Origin: Candidatus Omnitrophota bacterium
GTDB taxonomy: Bacteria; Omnitrophota; Gorgyraeia; Duberdicusellales; 4484-171
Assembly (NCBI GenBank): GCA_043820815.1
Contig: JBDRDJ010000007.1
Span: forward strand, 30,544-94,543
Length of the DNA: 64,000 bases
Direction: 5' to 3'
The notes under the pieces are model-generated. The model ran no database searches, was not told where the DNA came from, and worked only from the letters and a program-made list of their open reading frames with translations. The position numbers and the translations under genes are program-made. This document shows positions 8,954 through 18,951 of this stretch, piece after piece. Positions within the stretch are counted from its first letter, which is position 1; every line of letters begins with the position of its first letter.

Positions 8954-10414
8954 TTAAATGTGTTTTTCCCCTTTGACTGCGCCATCTTCCCACTTTTTAA
9001 CCCCGCGCATAACATCTTGGAAACAAAGTTTTGCAAGAGGGTCAAAATTGCTGTGTAATATTCTCTGAACGCGGCCGGGTTTTGAGAAAAATTCTCTCAT
9101 TGACCACGCCCCTAATCTGCCTAAATCCCCGATTGAAAGGTGGTCAGTAGGCATAACCGGATGCAGAAAATCCCATTTAAGAAAATCTATTTCGTTGGGC
9201 TTAATCCAGTTTTTTTTCATGCCTATTCTCCACATAGGCGAGTTAGGCGCAGGTGTTACATAGCCGATCCAAAGGATATCCGGGTCAACTTCGTCGGTAA
9301 ACTCGAAACGTTGTTTTATAATCTGCTCGTTGTCATAGTCAAAACCCATCATAATGTCGGCAACAACGGCAACATCGTATTTCCTTAGGATCTCAACTGT
9401 TTTCTTTATCTGCTCAATGGTAATACCTTTGGCTATTTTCTTAAGCTCCTCGGGTGTTGTAACTTCAATACCGAAAACACCAATGAAGAGCCCTGATTTT
9501 TTCATCAGCGGCAGTATTGCCTCACAGTTAACCCAGTCAATAGCCCTTCCTAACGATACCCACTTAATAGGAATGTCTTTTGCGAGCTTTAAATTGCAGA
9601 ATTCTTCGACTCTCTTAGGATCAACGTTGAAGTTGTCATCCTGGATTACAACAACTTTTACTCCGAATTTCTTATGAAGAAGCTCAAGCTCCTCAATCAC
9701 ACGCTTTGGAGACTTTGCCCTCCACTTTAAGAAATCCTGCGGAGAACGAGGGTCATATTGATCCCATTCATAACAGAATGTACAGGCAGAAGGACAGCCT
9801 CGGGAACTAACCACCTCAACGAACGGTTTCCAGTGAGTGTGGCCGACGTATCTGTCCATGGGAAATAAATCATAAGCCGGAAGAGGCAAACTGTCTAAAT
9901 CTATTAAGAGCGGCCTGTGCGGGCCCATTACGACTTCGCTGCCTTGCCGTGAAGTAACCCCTGCTATATCCTTGGTGTCTTTTCCTTTAGAAAGAGCATC
10001 AACCAAATCATAAAAGGCCTCTTCCTCTCCCATTACAACATAATCGATTGCAGGATTGCTTTTTAATGTCTCCGTCGGCATTGCCGAATACCATAAGCCA
10101 CCCATTATCACTTTAGCTGACGGCAAAACTTCCTTGATTTTCTTTGCCGACTCGTTAAAATAATGAATTATGGCGAACCCTCCGTAAGAGTGAAGCATGT
10201 CGCCTAAGACAACAACACCGGGATTCTTTGACTTAACTCTTTGGACCATAACTTCAAAAGGAATATCTAAGGCGCGGCAATCTAAGACCTCAACATCTTC
10301 GTAGCCTTTTTCCCTTACATAAGCTGCCCAGTGAGCATACATCTGGTTAGGAGCCTTGTGCTCCCCGTGTGTTGCCCATGCGCCGACTTTTGGCATAACA
10401 AACATGATCTTCAT
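8954..10414 (-). CDS. B12-binding-domain radical SAM enzyme
   Basis: 486 aa. The N-terminal domain is cobalamin-binding-like. It is followed by SSRGCPSACTFCYE (Cx4Cx2C). Confidence 0.8.
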   Translation of the reverse strand: MKIMFVMPKVGAWATHGEHKAPNQMYAHWAAYVREKGYEDVEVLDCRALDIPFEVMVQRVKSKNPGVVVLGDMLHSYGGFAIIHYFNESAKKIKEVLPSAKVIMGGLWYSAMPTETLKSNPAIDYVVMGEEEAFYDLVDALSKGKDTKDIAGVTSRQGSEVVMGPHRPLLIDLDSLPLPAYDLFPMDRYVGHTHWKPFVEVVSSRGCPSACTFCYEWDQYDPRSPQDFLKWRAKSPKRVIEELELLHKKFGVKVVVIQDDNFNVDPKRVEEFCNLKLAKDIPIKWVSLGRAIDWVNCEAILPLMKKSGLFIGVFGIEVTTPEELKKIAKGITIEQIKKTVEILRKYDVAVVADIMMGFDYDNEQIIKQRFEFTDEVDPDILWIGYVTPAPNSPMWRIGMKKNWIKPNEIDFLKWDFLHPVMPTDHLSIGDLGRLGAWSMREFFSKPGRVQRILHSNFDPLAKLCFQDVMRGVKKWEDGAVKGEKHI

Positions 10415-10484
10415 CTCGCACCTCCAGTTACATTAGTTTATAAACATATTATTTTACGAAAACCGAACACCGAGAACCGAAAAC

Positions 10485-11246
10485 CTATTTGTCAGGATGG
10501 CTCTGCGCAAAAGGGATTACCGGCTTCTTCCATGGTGTTTTCTGATTTATAACCGCTATCTCCAGCGGGTTAACATTGTCGCTCTGAGTTAAGGCAAAAA
10601 TTACCGTATCAGCGACGCTTTCAGGCTCCATCAGCCTGCTTTGGTCCTCTGATACTTCCTTTAGCTTGCCGGTCAAAGGTGTTCTGGTTACCCCGGGAAA
10701 TATTGATGTTACCTTTATGCCAAAATCCCTCATCTCCCAAAAGAGCCCCTTGGCAAAAGCCCTAAGCGCCACTTTTAGCGACGTATAAACTATAAAGTTA
10801 CGCGGGGGAGGGTCAACCATTACCGAACCGCTTGTAATGTTAATTATATGGCCTGCTCCGTTATCCTTCATGGAATTTACAACCAAACGAGAAAGCATAA
10901 CATAGCTGTAATAATTGGTAAACATAATCTTCTCGATATCTTCCGGCGGCTGCTGCCAGAAAGGGTGCTGGCTGGATATGCCTGCTCCGTTTATAAGGAC
11001 ATCTATTTTTTTAAACTTCTTCAAAGATACCTCAACAAGATTTTCCAAATCAGCCTGTTTTGTAACATCGCATTTAACACAGAATACATCCTGGCTGTTG
11101 GCAAGGCCTTTCTTTAATTCTTCGAGGGCTTCAATCCTGCGGGCGGCAAGAATGAGTTTTACCCTTTCAAGCGAAAGTTTTTTTACAATAGCCTTTCCAA
11201 TGCCGCCGCTTGCCCCGGTTATGATGCAGACTTTACCTTCTATCAT
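10485..11246 (-). CDS. Short-chain dehydrogenase/reductase (candidate ketoreductase)
   Basis: TGASGGIGKA Rossmann motif, NGAG, and a YTSLK Tyr-x3-Lys catalytic motif. The ATG at 11246 overlaps the MFS stop (ATGA). Confidence 0.85.
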   Translation of the reverse strand: MIEGKVCIITGASGGIGKAIVKKLSLERVKLILAARRIEALEELKKGLANSQDVFCVKCDVTKQADLENLVEVSLKKFKKIDVLINGAGISSQHPFWQQPPEDIEKIMFTNYYSYVMLSRLVVNSMKDNGAGHIINITSGSVMVDPPPRNFIVYTSLKVALRAFAKGLFWEMRDFGIKVTSIFPGVTRTPLTGKLKEVSEDQSRLMEPESVADTVIFALTQSDNVNPLEIAVINQKTPWKKPVIPFAQSHPDK

Positions 11247-12379
11247 GATAATGCACTCCTTTCTGATTTTAGTAATCTTGGTAAACAAAATCCTAAAGAT
11301 AATAACCCCAAGAAAACAGATAAAAATAAAATTTTAAACCCCTGCGCCGCGATAATCCCTCCGCAAAAAGCCCCCAGGCCTCCGAAACTGAAACGCAGTG
11401 AACTGTTTAAGCTCGATGCGTCGCGCATAAGCCTGTCAGGAAAATGTGCCAGGTGCGAAGAAAGCCCCACATGGGTTAAAGCCCAGCCCGAACCCCATAA
11501 AACTATGAGAAAAAGAATCAGCTTATAGCTTTTAGTAAATAATAAAAGAAGCGAAAAGGCGCACATAAGCATAAACCCTGAGCGTGCGACTTTAACTAAA
11601 CCAACCCTCTGCCCTAAGAAGCCGCCTAAGAATTCACATACGATTGCGCTTAAGGTGGCGGCGGTAAAAACCATGCTTATTGCCATTTGCTCTAAATAAA
11701 AACCCTGGCTTAGGTACACGCCCAGCCTTTGCTGTAAGCTGTGGTATAAAAAGCTTCCTGCGGCAATTATAGCCAAGAAATAAACCGTTTCTTTATCGCG
11801 CAAGGTGCTTAAATAACTGATTTTTAAGCCGCTTTTTCTAAAATCAAAACAATCCATGTGGGTTAGAACAAAAAGAAAAACAAATAAGCTTAAAAAAGCC
11901 GGTATTAAATATACTGTTCTCCAGTTTAGAAACCCGCTTAAGAAAACACTCACAAGTGTAGATATGGAGGCGGTGCCAAAAAGAATGCCTATATGCTTGG
12001 TTTTATCTTTTGCCGGAACAACCTTTGAAATAGTGATCAGGGTAAGGGGGACAAAACTACACCCAAACACTCCCATAAAAAAGCGAAAAACAAAAGCAAA
12101 ATTAATCGAGGACGACAGGCTGAATAAAAACGATGAGACAGAAAAACCGAGAGTTGATAAAAGAAACAGGCTTTTTATCTGAATAATTCTTGTAAGCGGC
12201 GCCCACAAAAGGGCAATTATTCCGTAAGGAAGCATATAGAGCCAGGTAAGCTTGATTGCATAATCCGGCGCCACATCAAAATATTCAGCTACTTGAGGGA
12301 TTAATGCCGCCATAGCGGCTACACCGAAAGATGCCGTAAAAAACAAAAGGCAAAAAATAAAGAAATTACTCCTGCTCAT
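11243..12379 (-). CDS. MFS transporter
   Basis: ~378 aa with about 12 hydrophobic segments. Start set at MSRSNFF. Confidence 0.7.
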   Translation of the reverse strand: MSRSNFFIFCLLFFTASFGVAAMAALIPQVAEYFDVAPDYAIKLTWLYMLPYGIIALLWAPLTRIIQIKSLFLLSTLGFSVSSFLFSLSSSINFAFVFRFFMGVFGCSFVPLTLITISKVVPAKDKTKHIGILFGTASISTLVSVFLSGFLNWRTVYLIPAFLSLFVFLFVLTHMDCFDFRKSGLKISYLSTLRDKETVYFLAIIAAGSFLYHSLQQRLGVYLSQGFYLEQMAISMVFTAATLSAIVCEFLGGFLGQRVGLVKVARSGFMLMCAFSLLLLFTKSYKLILFLIVLWGSGWALTHVGLSSHLAHFPDRLMRDASSLNSSLRFSFGGLGAFCGGIIAAQGFKILFLSVFLGLLSLGFCLPRLLKSERSALS

Positions 12380-12384
12380 ATCCT

Positions 12385-12825
12385 CTAAACACCGACGCAT
12401 TCTTTCTCAATAATTTCCTTAAACCGCTTTAAATTTTCCACAGAGTGTTTATTTATCAAGCCTTCAACCTGCTCATCGGTGTATTTAGCATTTTTATCCA
12501 TTTTAAAATCCTGAATCCATGTCATCTCTATCCCCCCCTCAACAGGCCGGTATAGCCAGACAATCTTCATATACTCAAAAGGAAACATGGGGCTAAGGCG
12601 CGATGCATAAGCAAAATAATCGTCTTTGAAAAGCAAACGGTAAGATTTCCATGTGTTTCCGTTCTCATGGGTAAGCTTAAAAACCACTTTATTTGCTTCT
12701 TTCTCTGTTACCTCGGATTCCGTATATTCGCTGAAAAATTCCTTCCAGCGGGAGATATCGTTGCTTAAATCGAATACTTTTTCATAAGGTGCATCTATAA
12801 CAATCGAATTAACTGTATGTGCCAT
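12385..12825 (-). CDS. SRPBCC (START/Bet v1-like) polyketide cyclase/dehydrase-family protein
   Basis: ~146 aa. The N-terminus HTVNSIVIDAPYEKVFDLSNDISRWKEFF is typical of the Polyketide_cyc2/SRPBCC fold. A GAAGGAGG RBS lies before the ATG at 12825. Confidence 0.6.
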   Translation of the reverse strand: MAHTVNSIVIDAPYEKVFDLSNDISRWKEFFSEYTESEVTEKEANKVVFKLTHENGNTWKSYRLLFKDDYFAYASRLSPMFPFEYMKIVWLYRPVEGGIEMTWIQDFKMDKNAKYTDEQVEGLINKHSVENLKRFKEIIEKECVGV

Positions 12826-12847
12826 ATAAACCTCCTTCAATGAGCAG

Positions 12848-12930
12848 ATGACTTATGAAAATCAAAAATTTTCATAAGTCATAGGCCAAGGGCCGTCTGC
12901 GAATTGATACTGAGCCCGCCATAAGCGGGC
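12848..12930 (-). other. Two intercistronic stem-loops inside the cluster
   Basis: 12848-12882 is a 15-bp perfect stem (ATGACTTATGAAAAT / ATTTTCATAAGTCAT) with a 5-nt loop. 12914-12930 is GCCCGC-cataa-GCGGGC. Neither is followed by a U-tract. Confidence 0.35.
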
Positions 12931-12937
12931 GAAGTAT

Positions 12938-13741
12938 CTAACTATCTACAATGCCTACCGCTCTCGCCCAGGCAGCGCCGGTTTTCTTAATTCTGACCGG
13001 AAAACACATTACTTTAAACCCGTAATCAGGGAGGCTCTCAAGATTAGCAAGCCTTTCTATATGAATAAATTCTCTGGCTCTTCCGTAAAAATGTGCCGGC
13101 CAGAGAATCTTGGGATTCTTTGTTTTAATAAACTCATTAATCATGAACCGGTAAGGTTTATCGATTCCCATAGTATCAACCCCAAAGATCTTAACCCCCC
13201 TATCAAGTATATAATCAATTGCCGAGGTATCTAATCCCGGGTAATGAGAAAAATACTTAGGGGTTTTGAAAAGTTTATCGCATCCTGTATGTAAAAGAAC
13301 AATGTCCAAGGGCTTTAAAGTATATCTGATTTTACTCAATGAAGATTCGATGTCTATAGATGTTATCAGCTCGCCCGGTTTTTTATTGAATATATCAAGC
13401 TTGACACCATCCTTATAACACCACTCAAGCGGTATTTCTTCGGCGGTTTTAGACGGCCTGCCTTCTGATGTGCTTCCGTAATGATAGGAGTAATCAAGGT
13501 GGGTTCCTATATGAACCGGGCAATGCACTATCTCAAGCGATAAAAATTCCTCATCGGGCAGGTCTTTTTTCTTTATAATTCTTTTTCCCAATAAACGGCT
13601 TATCCGGCCAAGCAATGTTTTTGACATCAAAACTTTGTTTAATTTCTCAACCCCGTCTGAGTGGGAAATCCTTTCAATTTGAAGCTTATGCACTTCAAAC
13701 GCTTCATCGTCAATGGCTAAACTTAAATCTATTAACTTCAT
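12938..13741 (-). CDS. Putative cyclase family protein (PF04199-type, kynurenine formamidase-like fold)
   Basis: 267 aa. HIGTHLDYSYH matches the HxGTHxDxPxH-type motif. Confidence 0.7.
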   Translation of the reverse strand: MKLIDLSLAIDDEAFEVHKLQIERISHSDGVEKLNKVLMSKTLLGRISRLLGKRIIKKKDLPDEEFLSLEIVHCPVHIGTHLDYSYHYGSTSEGRPSKTAEEIPLEWCYKDGVKLDIFNKKPGELITSIDIESSLSKIRYTLKPLDIVLLHTGCDKLFKTPKYFSHYPGLDTSAIDYILDRGVKIFGVDTMGIDKPYRFMINEFIKTKNPKILWPAHFYGRAREFIHIERLANLESLPDYGFKVMCFPVRIKKTGAAWARAVGIVDS

Positions 13742-13989
13742 ATATGCCGCTGAATCGCCCGCTTCTTTTTTTCGATTAGGGCGGCGATTTCAAGGGGAGT
13801 TGACATTTTAGTAATTTCATTTGTTTCAAGTTGAACGCCAAAATGTTTCTTAAGAGACACGGTGAGCTCAACTATCTCGGTTGAATCAACACCAATTGAA
13901 TCATACAGTTTCTGGTTTTCCTTTAACTCTTCTTTTGTTACATCAAGGGTTCTACACATTAATTCAATCGTTTCATCTTTTATGCTCAT
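13738..13989 (-). CDS. Acyl carrier protein
   Basis: 83 aa. GVDSTEIVEL provides the phosphopantetheine-attachment Ser. Confidence 0.75.
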   Translation of the reverse strand: MSIKDETIELMCRTLDVTKEELKENQKLYDSIGVDSTEIVELTVSLKKHFGVQLETNEITKMSTPLEIAALIEKKKRAIQRHI

Positions 13990-14004
13990 TATCTTTCTCC
14001 TTTT

Positions 14005-15240
14005 TTAAGGCTTTTCTACGGCAAGCGCAACGTATATACCGCCTCTGCCTTTAGCAAGAATCAAGGCTTTTTTAATCTCCCGGTTGCGGCAGGTATTTGG
14101 CGTATAATCTAAATCACAATACGGGTCGCTAACTTCATAATTGATTGTGGGTAAAACCGTGCTGTATTTCATAGACAATAATGTCGCCACCAAATCAAGT
14201 GCGGTTTGGGCGCCAAGAAGATTTCCAAACATGCTTTTAGGAGCGCTAAGGGAAATATTCTTTGTTAAAGGACCGAATACATTCTTTATTCCTTGAGTTT
14301 CAATATAGTCGCCCATTTCGGTTGCCTCTGCGTCCAAACAAATATAATCTACATCTTTTTTGTCCCAGCCCGCATCCTTTAAACACTCTATAATTGCATA
14401 TTCAAGGCTCTGGGAATCAGGGCTGCATCTTGAATAATGATAACCATCGCTGGCAAAACCTACGCCTTTTATGAAACCGTATGGTTTTACTCCTCTTTTC
14501 TCTGCATGAGATTCTCTCTCTAAAGTAACCATTGCCGCTCCCTCTCCCAAAACAAAGCCATCCCTGTATAAATCATAAGGCCTGTAGGCTGATTTAGGAG
14601 TCAGGTTCTTCTTTGAGAGGCCTCCGCATGTGTTAGCGCATAAAAGAGCGTATGGTGTAATCGGTGCCTCCATTCCTCCTGCCAGCACATAATCGTTTTT
14701 ACCGTCTTTGATAATTTTTGAACCATACCAAAGAGAAAGAGCCGACGAGGCACGGTCGGCTACTATAGTCTTACTGTAGCCTTTAAAACCGTAATATATT
14801 GTCACCTGGCCTTGAGGCGCAGCGGGAAACCATGCCGAAGCCATATAGGGCGAAATACCCTCTCTTCCTTCGATATACATATCTCTTAACTCTGTTTCCG
14901 CAAACAGCCAGCCGCCCAGGGCATTACCTGTAAATACTCCCACACGGTTCTTATCGATATTATTCTGGTCGATATTCGCGTCTTTTAACGCCTGTTCGCT
15001 TGCCACAAGCGCCATATGAGAAAAAACATCGATTTTCTTAACGAGCCTTCCCGAAAGGTGGGTATAATGGTCCAACTCATGGACATGGCCTGCGATACGG
15101 GAGGGATAAAGCGAAGAATCAAAACGCGTAATCTCATCGATAAAAGAAATCCCTCTTTTTAAATTTGCCCAGAACGTTTCCTTTTTTAAACCGCAGGGCG
15201 AAACCACGCCCACGCCTGTTATTGCCACTCTCTCACTCAT
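14005..15240 (-). CDS. Ketosynthase-beta / chain-length-factor-like protein (KS fold without the catalytic triad)
   Basis: KS-family fold (AITGVGVVSP..). At the active-site position it has VADRASSALS, with no Cys. The His motifs are replaced (LDAEATEMGD; KSMFGNLLGA, where His is Asn). Start chosen at MSERVAITG after an AGGAG. Confidence 0.75.
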   Translation of the reverse strand: MSERVAITGVGVVSPCGLKKETFWANLKRGISFIDEITRFDSSLYPSRIAGHVHELDHYTHLSGRLVKKIDVFSHMALVASEQALKDANIDQNNIDKNRVGVFTGNALGGWLFAETELRDMYIEGREGISPYMASAWFPAAPQGQVTIYYGFKGYSKTIVADRASSALSLWYGSKIIKDGKNDYVLAGGMEAPITPYALLCANTCGGLSKKNLTPKSAYRPYDLYRDGFVLGEGAAMVTLERESHAEKRGVKPYGFIKGVGFASDGYHYSRCSPDSQSLEYAIIECLKDAGWDKKDVDYICLDAEATEMGDYIETQGIKNVFGPLTKNISLSAPKSMFGNLLGAQTALDLVATLLSMKYSTVLPTINYEVSDPYCDLDYTPNTCRNREIKKALILAKGRGGIYVALAVEKP

Positions 15241-15278
15241 TTTTTCTCCTGGCATAATCACAACAAATATAAGCGCGA

Positions 15279-16529
15279 TTATGCCTGCCATTTTTTAAAA
15301 ACAATTGAAGAATGTATCCCGGAAAATCCGCTGCTGGTTTTTAAAATATAATCCGGCATCAATTGCCTCTTTTTATTGGGTATATAGTCTAAGTCGCACT
15401 TTGGGTCTGCCTCTTCCTGATTTATAGTAGGCGGCAGATACCCGTTTTCAAAAATCATACAACAAAGAACACTTTCAACCGCGTTTGCCGCAGCCAGGGG
15501 ATGGCCGATCATCGATTTGATAGAACTGATTGGAATTTTATAAGCGAGTTCACCGAAAACCTGCTTGTAAGCATCTGTTTCAAAGGCATCGTTTTGCCTG
15601 GTTGATGAACCGTGAGCGCTTATGTAATCGATTTTATCTTTCGCGATGCCTGCGTTTTTTATAGCTTCTTCAATACTGCGGGCCATGGGTTCGCCGTTTT
15701 CAGGCAAATCAGTCATATGGTATGCGTTACAGCTTGTGCCGTACCCGATTATTTCTGTATATATATGGGCTCCTCTTTTCTTGGCGTGCTCAAGTTCTTC
15801 GATTATAAGTATTCCCGCACCTTCTGATATAACAAACCCGTCTCTTTTGTTATCAAAAGGCCTGCTTGCTTTATGAGGCTCATCGTTGTTCTTGGCTAAA
15901 ACATTAACGACATCAAACGCCCCAAATGTGATGGGGGTTATAGGCGCCTCCGATGCTCCGGCTATAACAATATCCTGCCTGCCTTCCTGGATAAGCTCAT
16001 ACGCCATGCCTAAAGAATCGGTCCCGGCTGTGCATCCTGTTGAAACAGTGCAGTTAATCCCTTTTGTCCCGTACAGAGCGGATATTTCAGCGCTGGGGGT
16101 GTTAAACATTGCCGCGTCATAAAGATAAGGCCGGCCTTTCCTCGGGTCAATAGGCTTTTTACCCCAGTCGGTTACAAGGAGGAACTCTTCCTCCATAAAC
16201 CGCGTCCCGCATATGGCGTTAGCAAGAAGGACACCGCACCTTCTTAAATCAACCCTGCCCAAATCAAGTTTTGAATCCTCTATTGCCTGTTTTGCGCTGG
16301 CTATGGCGAACTGCACATACCTATCCATGCGCTTATGGCCGCTTATCCCGAACTTCAAGGGGTCAAAATCTAAATCCTGCGAGGCAATCTTGGAAATAAA
16401 AAGGCTTACATCAAAATTGGTAACGCGCTGTATAGCGGATTTTCCTTCTATTAAATTATTGTAGAAAGTTTTTTTATCTTCCCCTGCCCCGCATATTACA
16501 CCAATGCCCGTTATTACGGCTCTCCTCAT
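15279..16529 (-). CDS. Ketosynthase-alpha (beta-ketoacyl-ACP synthase, type II PKS/FabF family)
   Basis: 416 aa. Active-site VSTGCTAGTDSLG, then SAHGSSTRQND and KSMIGHPLAAA give a complete Cys-His-His triad. Confidence 0.85.
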   Translation of the reverse strand: MRRAVITGIGVICGAGEDKKTFYNNLIEGKSAIQRVTNFDVSLFISKIASQDLDFDPLKFGISGHKRMDRYVQFAIASAKQAIEDSKLDLGRVDLRRCGVLLANAICGTRFMEEEFLLVTDWGKKPIDPRKGRPYLYDAAMFNTPSAEISALYGTKGINCTVSTGCTAGTDSLGMAYELIQEGRQDIVIAGASEAPITPITFGAFDVVNVLAKNNDEPHKASRPFDNKRDGFVISEGAGILIIEELEHAKKRGAHIYTEIIGYGTSCNAYHMTDLPENGEPMARSIEEAIKNAGIAKDKIDYISAHGSSTRQNDAFETDAYKQVFGELAYKIPISSIKSMIGHPLAAANAVESVLCCMIFENGYLPPTINQEEADPKCDLDYIPNKKRQLMPDYILKTSSGFSGIHSSIVFKKWQA

Positions 16530-17156
16530 TTATATCCTCCGTATTTTGAATTTGATGTTACCGCCGTCAGGACAAGTTATCCCTGTTTTGCAAACCGGAT
16601 TTTCTTCAAAAGAAAACTCCGCGCCGAAATTAAGAGCAAATAATACCGGGAATAAAATACTGTACGCGGCTCCGCAAAAAGCATCCGGGGTGCGAAGGCC
16701 GGTAACTTGAAATTTATCGCCCTGCTTATAACCGAAAAAGCAATGCCCGCAAACCTCCTGGACTTCAATCTCTAATCTCTTAGGATTTGGTTTGGGGGTC
16801 TCAAGCTTAGGCTTCCTTACAACATCTCCGTTATCGTCTAAGGCCTCTATTTTGAATGTCAGTTTTCCGTTATCAGGACAAGTTGTTGTTATTGATTTAG
16901 TATTCTCCATAAACTTAAATTCAGCACCGAAAGTAAGCGCGTATAGGCATGGAAATGCCGATTTCACAATACCTGAGCAAAAATGTTTAGGCGGATGGGT
17001 AAAATCATCAAGGATAAATTCATCGCCGGTTTTGTAATTATGATAACAGTAGCCGTCTTGCTTTATAACCGTCATTTTAAACTTAGGGAATCTTATACGC
17101 GGCCTGCTTTTATATACCTCCAAGCCTTCTTTGCAGCGTTTATTTTCTTGATTCAT
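16530..17156 (-). CDS. Tandem-duplicated Cys-rich small-domain protein; resembles the TIGR04076-type domain from memory
   Basis: 208 aa with two ~80-aa internal repeats sharing G.C..YK.GD.F......P..FC......FP.L.AL.FGAEF.F.EN......TCPD.G...FKI. The stop directly abuts the KS-alpha start. Confidence 0.5.
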   Translation of the reverse strand: MNQENKRCKEGLEVYKSRPRIRFPKFKMTVIKQDGYCYHNYKTGDEFILDDFTHPPKHFCSGIVKSAFPCLYALTFGAEFKFMENTKSITTTCPDNGKLTFKIEALDDNGDVVRKPKLETPKPNPKRLEIEVQEVCGHCFFGYKQGDKFQVTGLRTPDAFCGAAYSILFPVLFALNFGAEFSFEENPVCKTGITCPDGGNIKFKIRRI

Positions 17157-17182
17157 TTTGCCTCCTTCTTTTCAGGCAATAA

Positions 17183-18199
17183 TTATCCGTTTGCATTCGC
17201 GAGGATTTCTTTGAATCCAGAAATAAGTTCATCTTTAGAAAAGAATTCTCCTTTATCCTCGACTTGATGGACAAAATCAACAATTCTTTCGTTTAAAGGC
17301 GCTTCTAAATTATTATTTTTTGCCAAAGACACAATTTCGCCGTTTATATAATCTATTTCGCTTTTTTTGCCGCGCTTTATGCTTTGAAGAATCGAGCCGT
17401 ACAAAGGAGCCTTGCTCAGTGATTTCATAATATTAGAAAATAAGGCCGCCGCTTCGGGAGTATTCCTTGAGATTAATCCCTCAAGCCTTTCTTTCGGATA
17501 AGAGGGCAGGCTCTCTAATTTGATATTGCTGTGATTTATAACATGCATGGCTTCCTTGTTAAGTTCTATCGCTATTTTTGCAGCCTCTAAATCGCTGAAT
17601 GCTTCCTGCATGGGAATGCCTAACACGGCGGGGATGCAGTTGTTTAAATTTATAAACAATTTTAAGTACTTTGCCCCCTTTATAGAATCGATTATTATTG
17701 TATTCGCTACTGCCGCTAAAATATTGTGCACTTGGCCGATGCCCTCAACCTGACTGCCGAAAACATTGCCTAAGAGAAGGTCCCCTTCGAAATTGTGCAC
17801 AACTTTCCTGGGGGGGCAGAACGTAGCTCCGAACATAACAATTCCGGTGATTATCCTTTCTTTGGGAAAAAACTTATTAAGTATGTATTCTGCCCTTATA
17901 CCGTTTTGTGTCGTTAAGGCAACTGCGTCTTTTAAATACTCGATGTTTTTTTTAACCACAGCCTCAACGGAATCTATTTTTGTACAAACAATTGCTAAAT
18001 CAACTTTTTCTCTCAGCTCCGTGCCAACCTTTGCTTTCAGGCTTAAGCTCCCCCTAGCACCTTCTATGGAGAGGCCTTTTAAATCAATGGGTTCGAGCTG
18101 ATAATCTTTAACGATACCGGTTACATCATATCCTTTATCAAGAAGGTATCCTAAAAAAATACCGCCGATTGCTCCGCATCCAAGCACTGCTATCTTCAT
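17183..18199 (-). CDS. Ketopantoate reductase (ApbA/PanE) family NAD(P)-oxidoreductase
   Basis: 338 aa. N-terminal MKIAVLGCGAIGG Rossmann motif. Length and architecture fit the KPR family. Confidence 0.7.
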   Translation of the reverse strand: MKIAVLGCGAIGGIFLGYLLDKGYDVTGIVKDYQLEPIDLKGLSIEGARGSLSLKAKVGTELREKVDLAIVCTKIDSVEAVVKKNIEYLKDAVALTTQNGIRAEYILNKFFPKERIITGIVMFGATFCPPRKVVHNFEGDLLLGNVFGSQVEGIGQVHNILAAVANTIIIDSIKGAKYLKLFINLNNCIPAVLGIPMQEAFSDLEAAKIAIELNKEAMHVINHSNIKLESLPSYPKERLEGLISRNTPEAAALFSNIMKSLSKAPLYGSILQSIKRGKKSEIDYINGEIVSLAKNNNLEAPLNERIVDFVHQVEDKGEFFSKDELISGFKEILANANG

Positions 18200-18244
18200 G
18201 GCTATTTCTTTGTTCTGTTAAAAATATGAGGGGATATGTCCACT

Positions 18245-18691
18245 TTAAGTTTTCTCAATATGATTTTTCAAAGCATTAAGAACCATGCTTATGTTTTTAA
18301 TATGGAGTTTTCTGAAAAATAACTTCCAAAGAATCATGTCAAATAGGTTTTTTATTTCACAATCAAGAGTATACTCAACCCTGTTAACATGGTTTTCTAT
18401 ATTTTTTACATTCTGCTCTTCAAAGCCTTCGAAAATACCGTCCAAAAATACCCTGCGTATATGCAGGCCGCTGCAATCTATTGTTTTTATTCTCGAATGC
18501 CACTTAGGGCCAAAGGGAAGTTTTACGGTTTGTAAATAAGTTGCGCCTTGTTCGATTCTTGTACCCATATTCTTAAATACCATCGGGCACGACTTTGGCC
18601 ACCAGGGGCTCTCTCCCCAGAAAACGAGTTCATTAAATACCAGTTCTTTACCGGCACGAATTATAATATCCTGTTTTATTACCTCTTTCAT
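18245..18691 (-). CDS. Hypothetical protein, possibly SRPBCC-like
   Basis: 148 aa. The size and N-terminus (IIIRAGKELVFNELVFWG) are weakly reminiscent of an SRPBCC fold. No firm motif. Confidence 0.3.
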   Translation of the reverse strand: MKEVIKQDIIIRAGKELVFNELVFWGESPWWPKSCPMVFKNMGTRIEQGATYLQTVKLPFGPKWHSRIKTIDCSGLHIRRVFLDGIFEGFEEQNVKNIENHVNRVEYTLDCEIKNLFDMILWKLFFRKLHIKNISMVLNALKNHIEKT

Positions 18692-18951
18692 GATTTTATA
18701 TATTTAGCGTAGTCAATATTAAGTTGTGTAAAAAGACGCTTCATCATATCGCGAAAAGCAGGAGGGACCTCTTTAAAAAAAGTCTCGATTAAAACTTCCT
18801 GGCTAACTTCCCCCAGCCCTTTTTTTTCCGCAAGGGCCTCAGAAGACTCTTTTACCAATTTTTCAGCAATGCTTCTGTGAAATTGAGGCAGCTCATTTAT
18901 TACCTTATCAAAAGTTTCTTTAGCTTCTTTCTGCCAAGTAATTTCACCCAT
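18688..18951 (-). CDS. Small hypothetical protein, PCP_red-like (weak)
   Basis: 87 aa. ITWQKEAKETFDKVINELPQFHRSIAEKLVKESSEALAEKKG resembles the W..EA......P.F.R...k pattern of the PCP_red domain. Translationally coupled on both sides. Confidence 0.3.
   Translation of the reverse strand: MGEITWQKEAKETFDKVINELPQFHRSIAEKLVKESSEALAEKKGLGEVSQEVLIETFFKEVPPAFRDMMKRLFTQLNIDYAKYIKS

Noticed and set aside
14005-16529. The KS pair as ordinary FabF/FabB of primary fatty-acid synthesis.
   Set aside because: The second KS lacks Cys, His and His. No fabD, fabG, fabZ, fabI or acc genes are adjacent. The genes are embedded among cyclase, SRPBCC, AMP-ligase, MFS and B12-rSAM genes. An aryl-polyene-type or other lipid pathway remains an alternative and is listed under 'would_refute' for the main finding.
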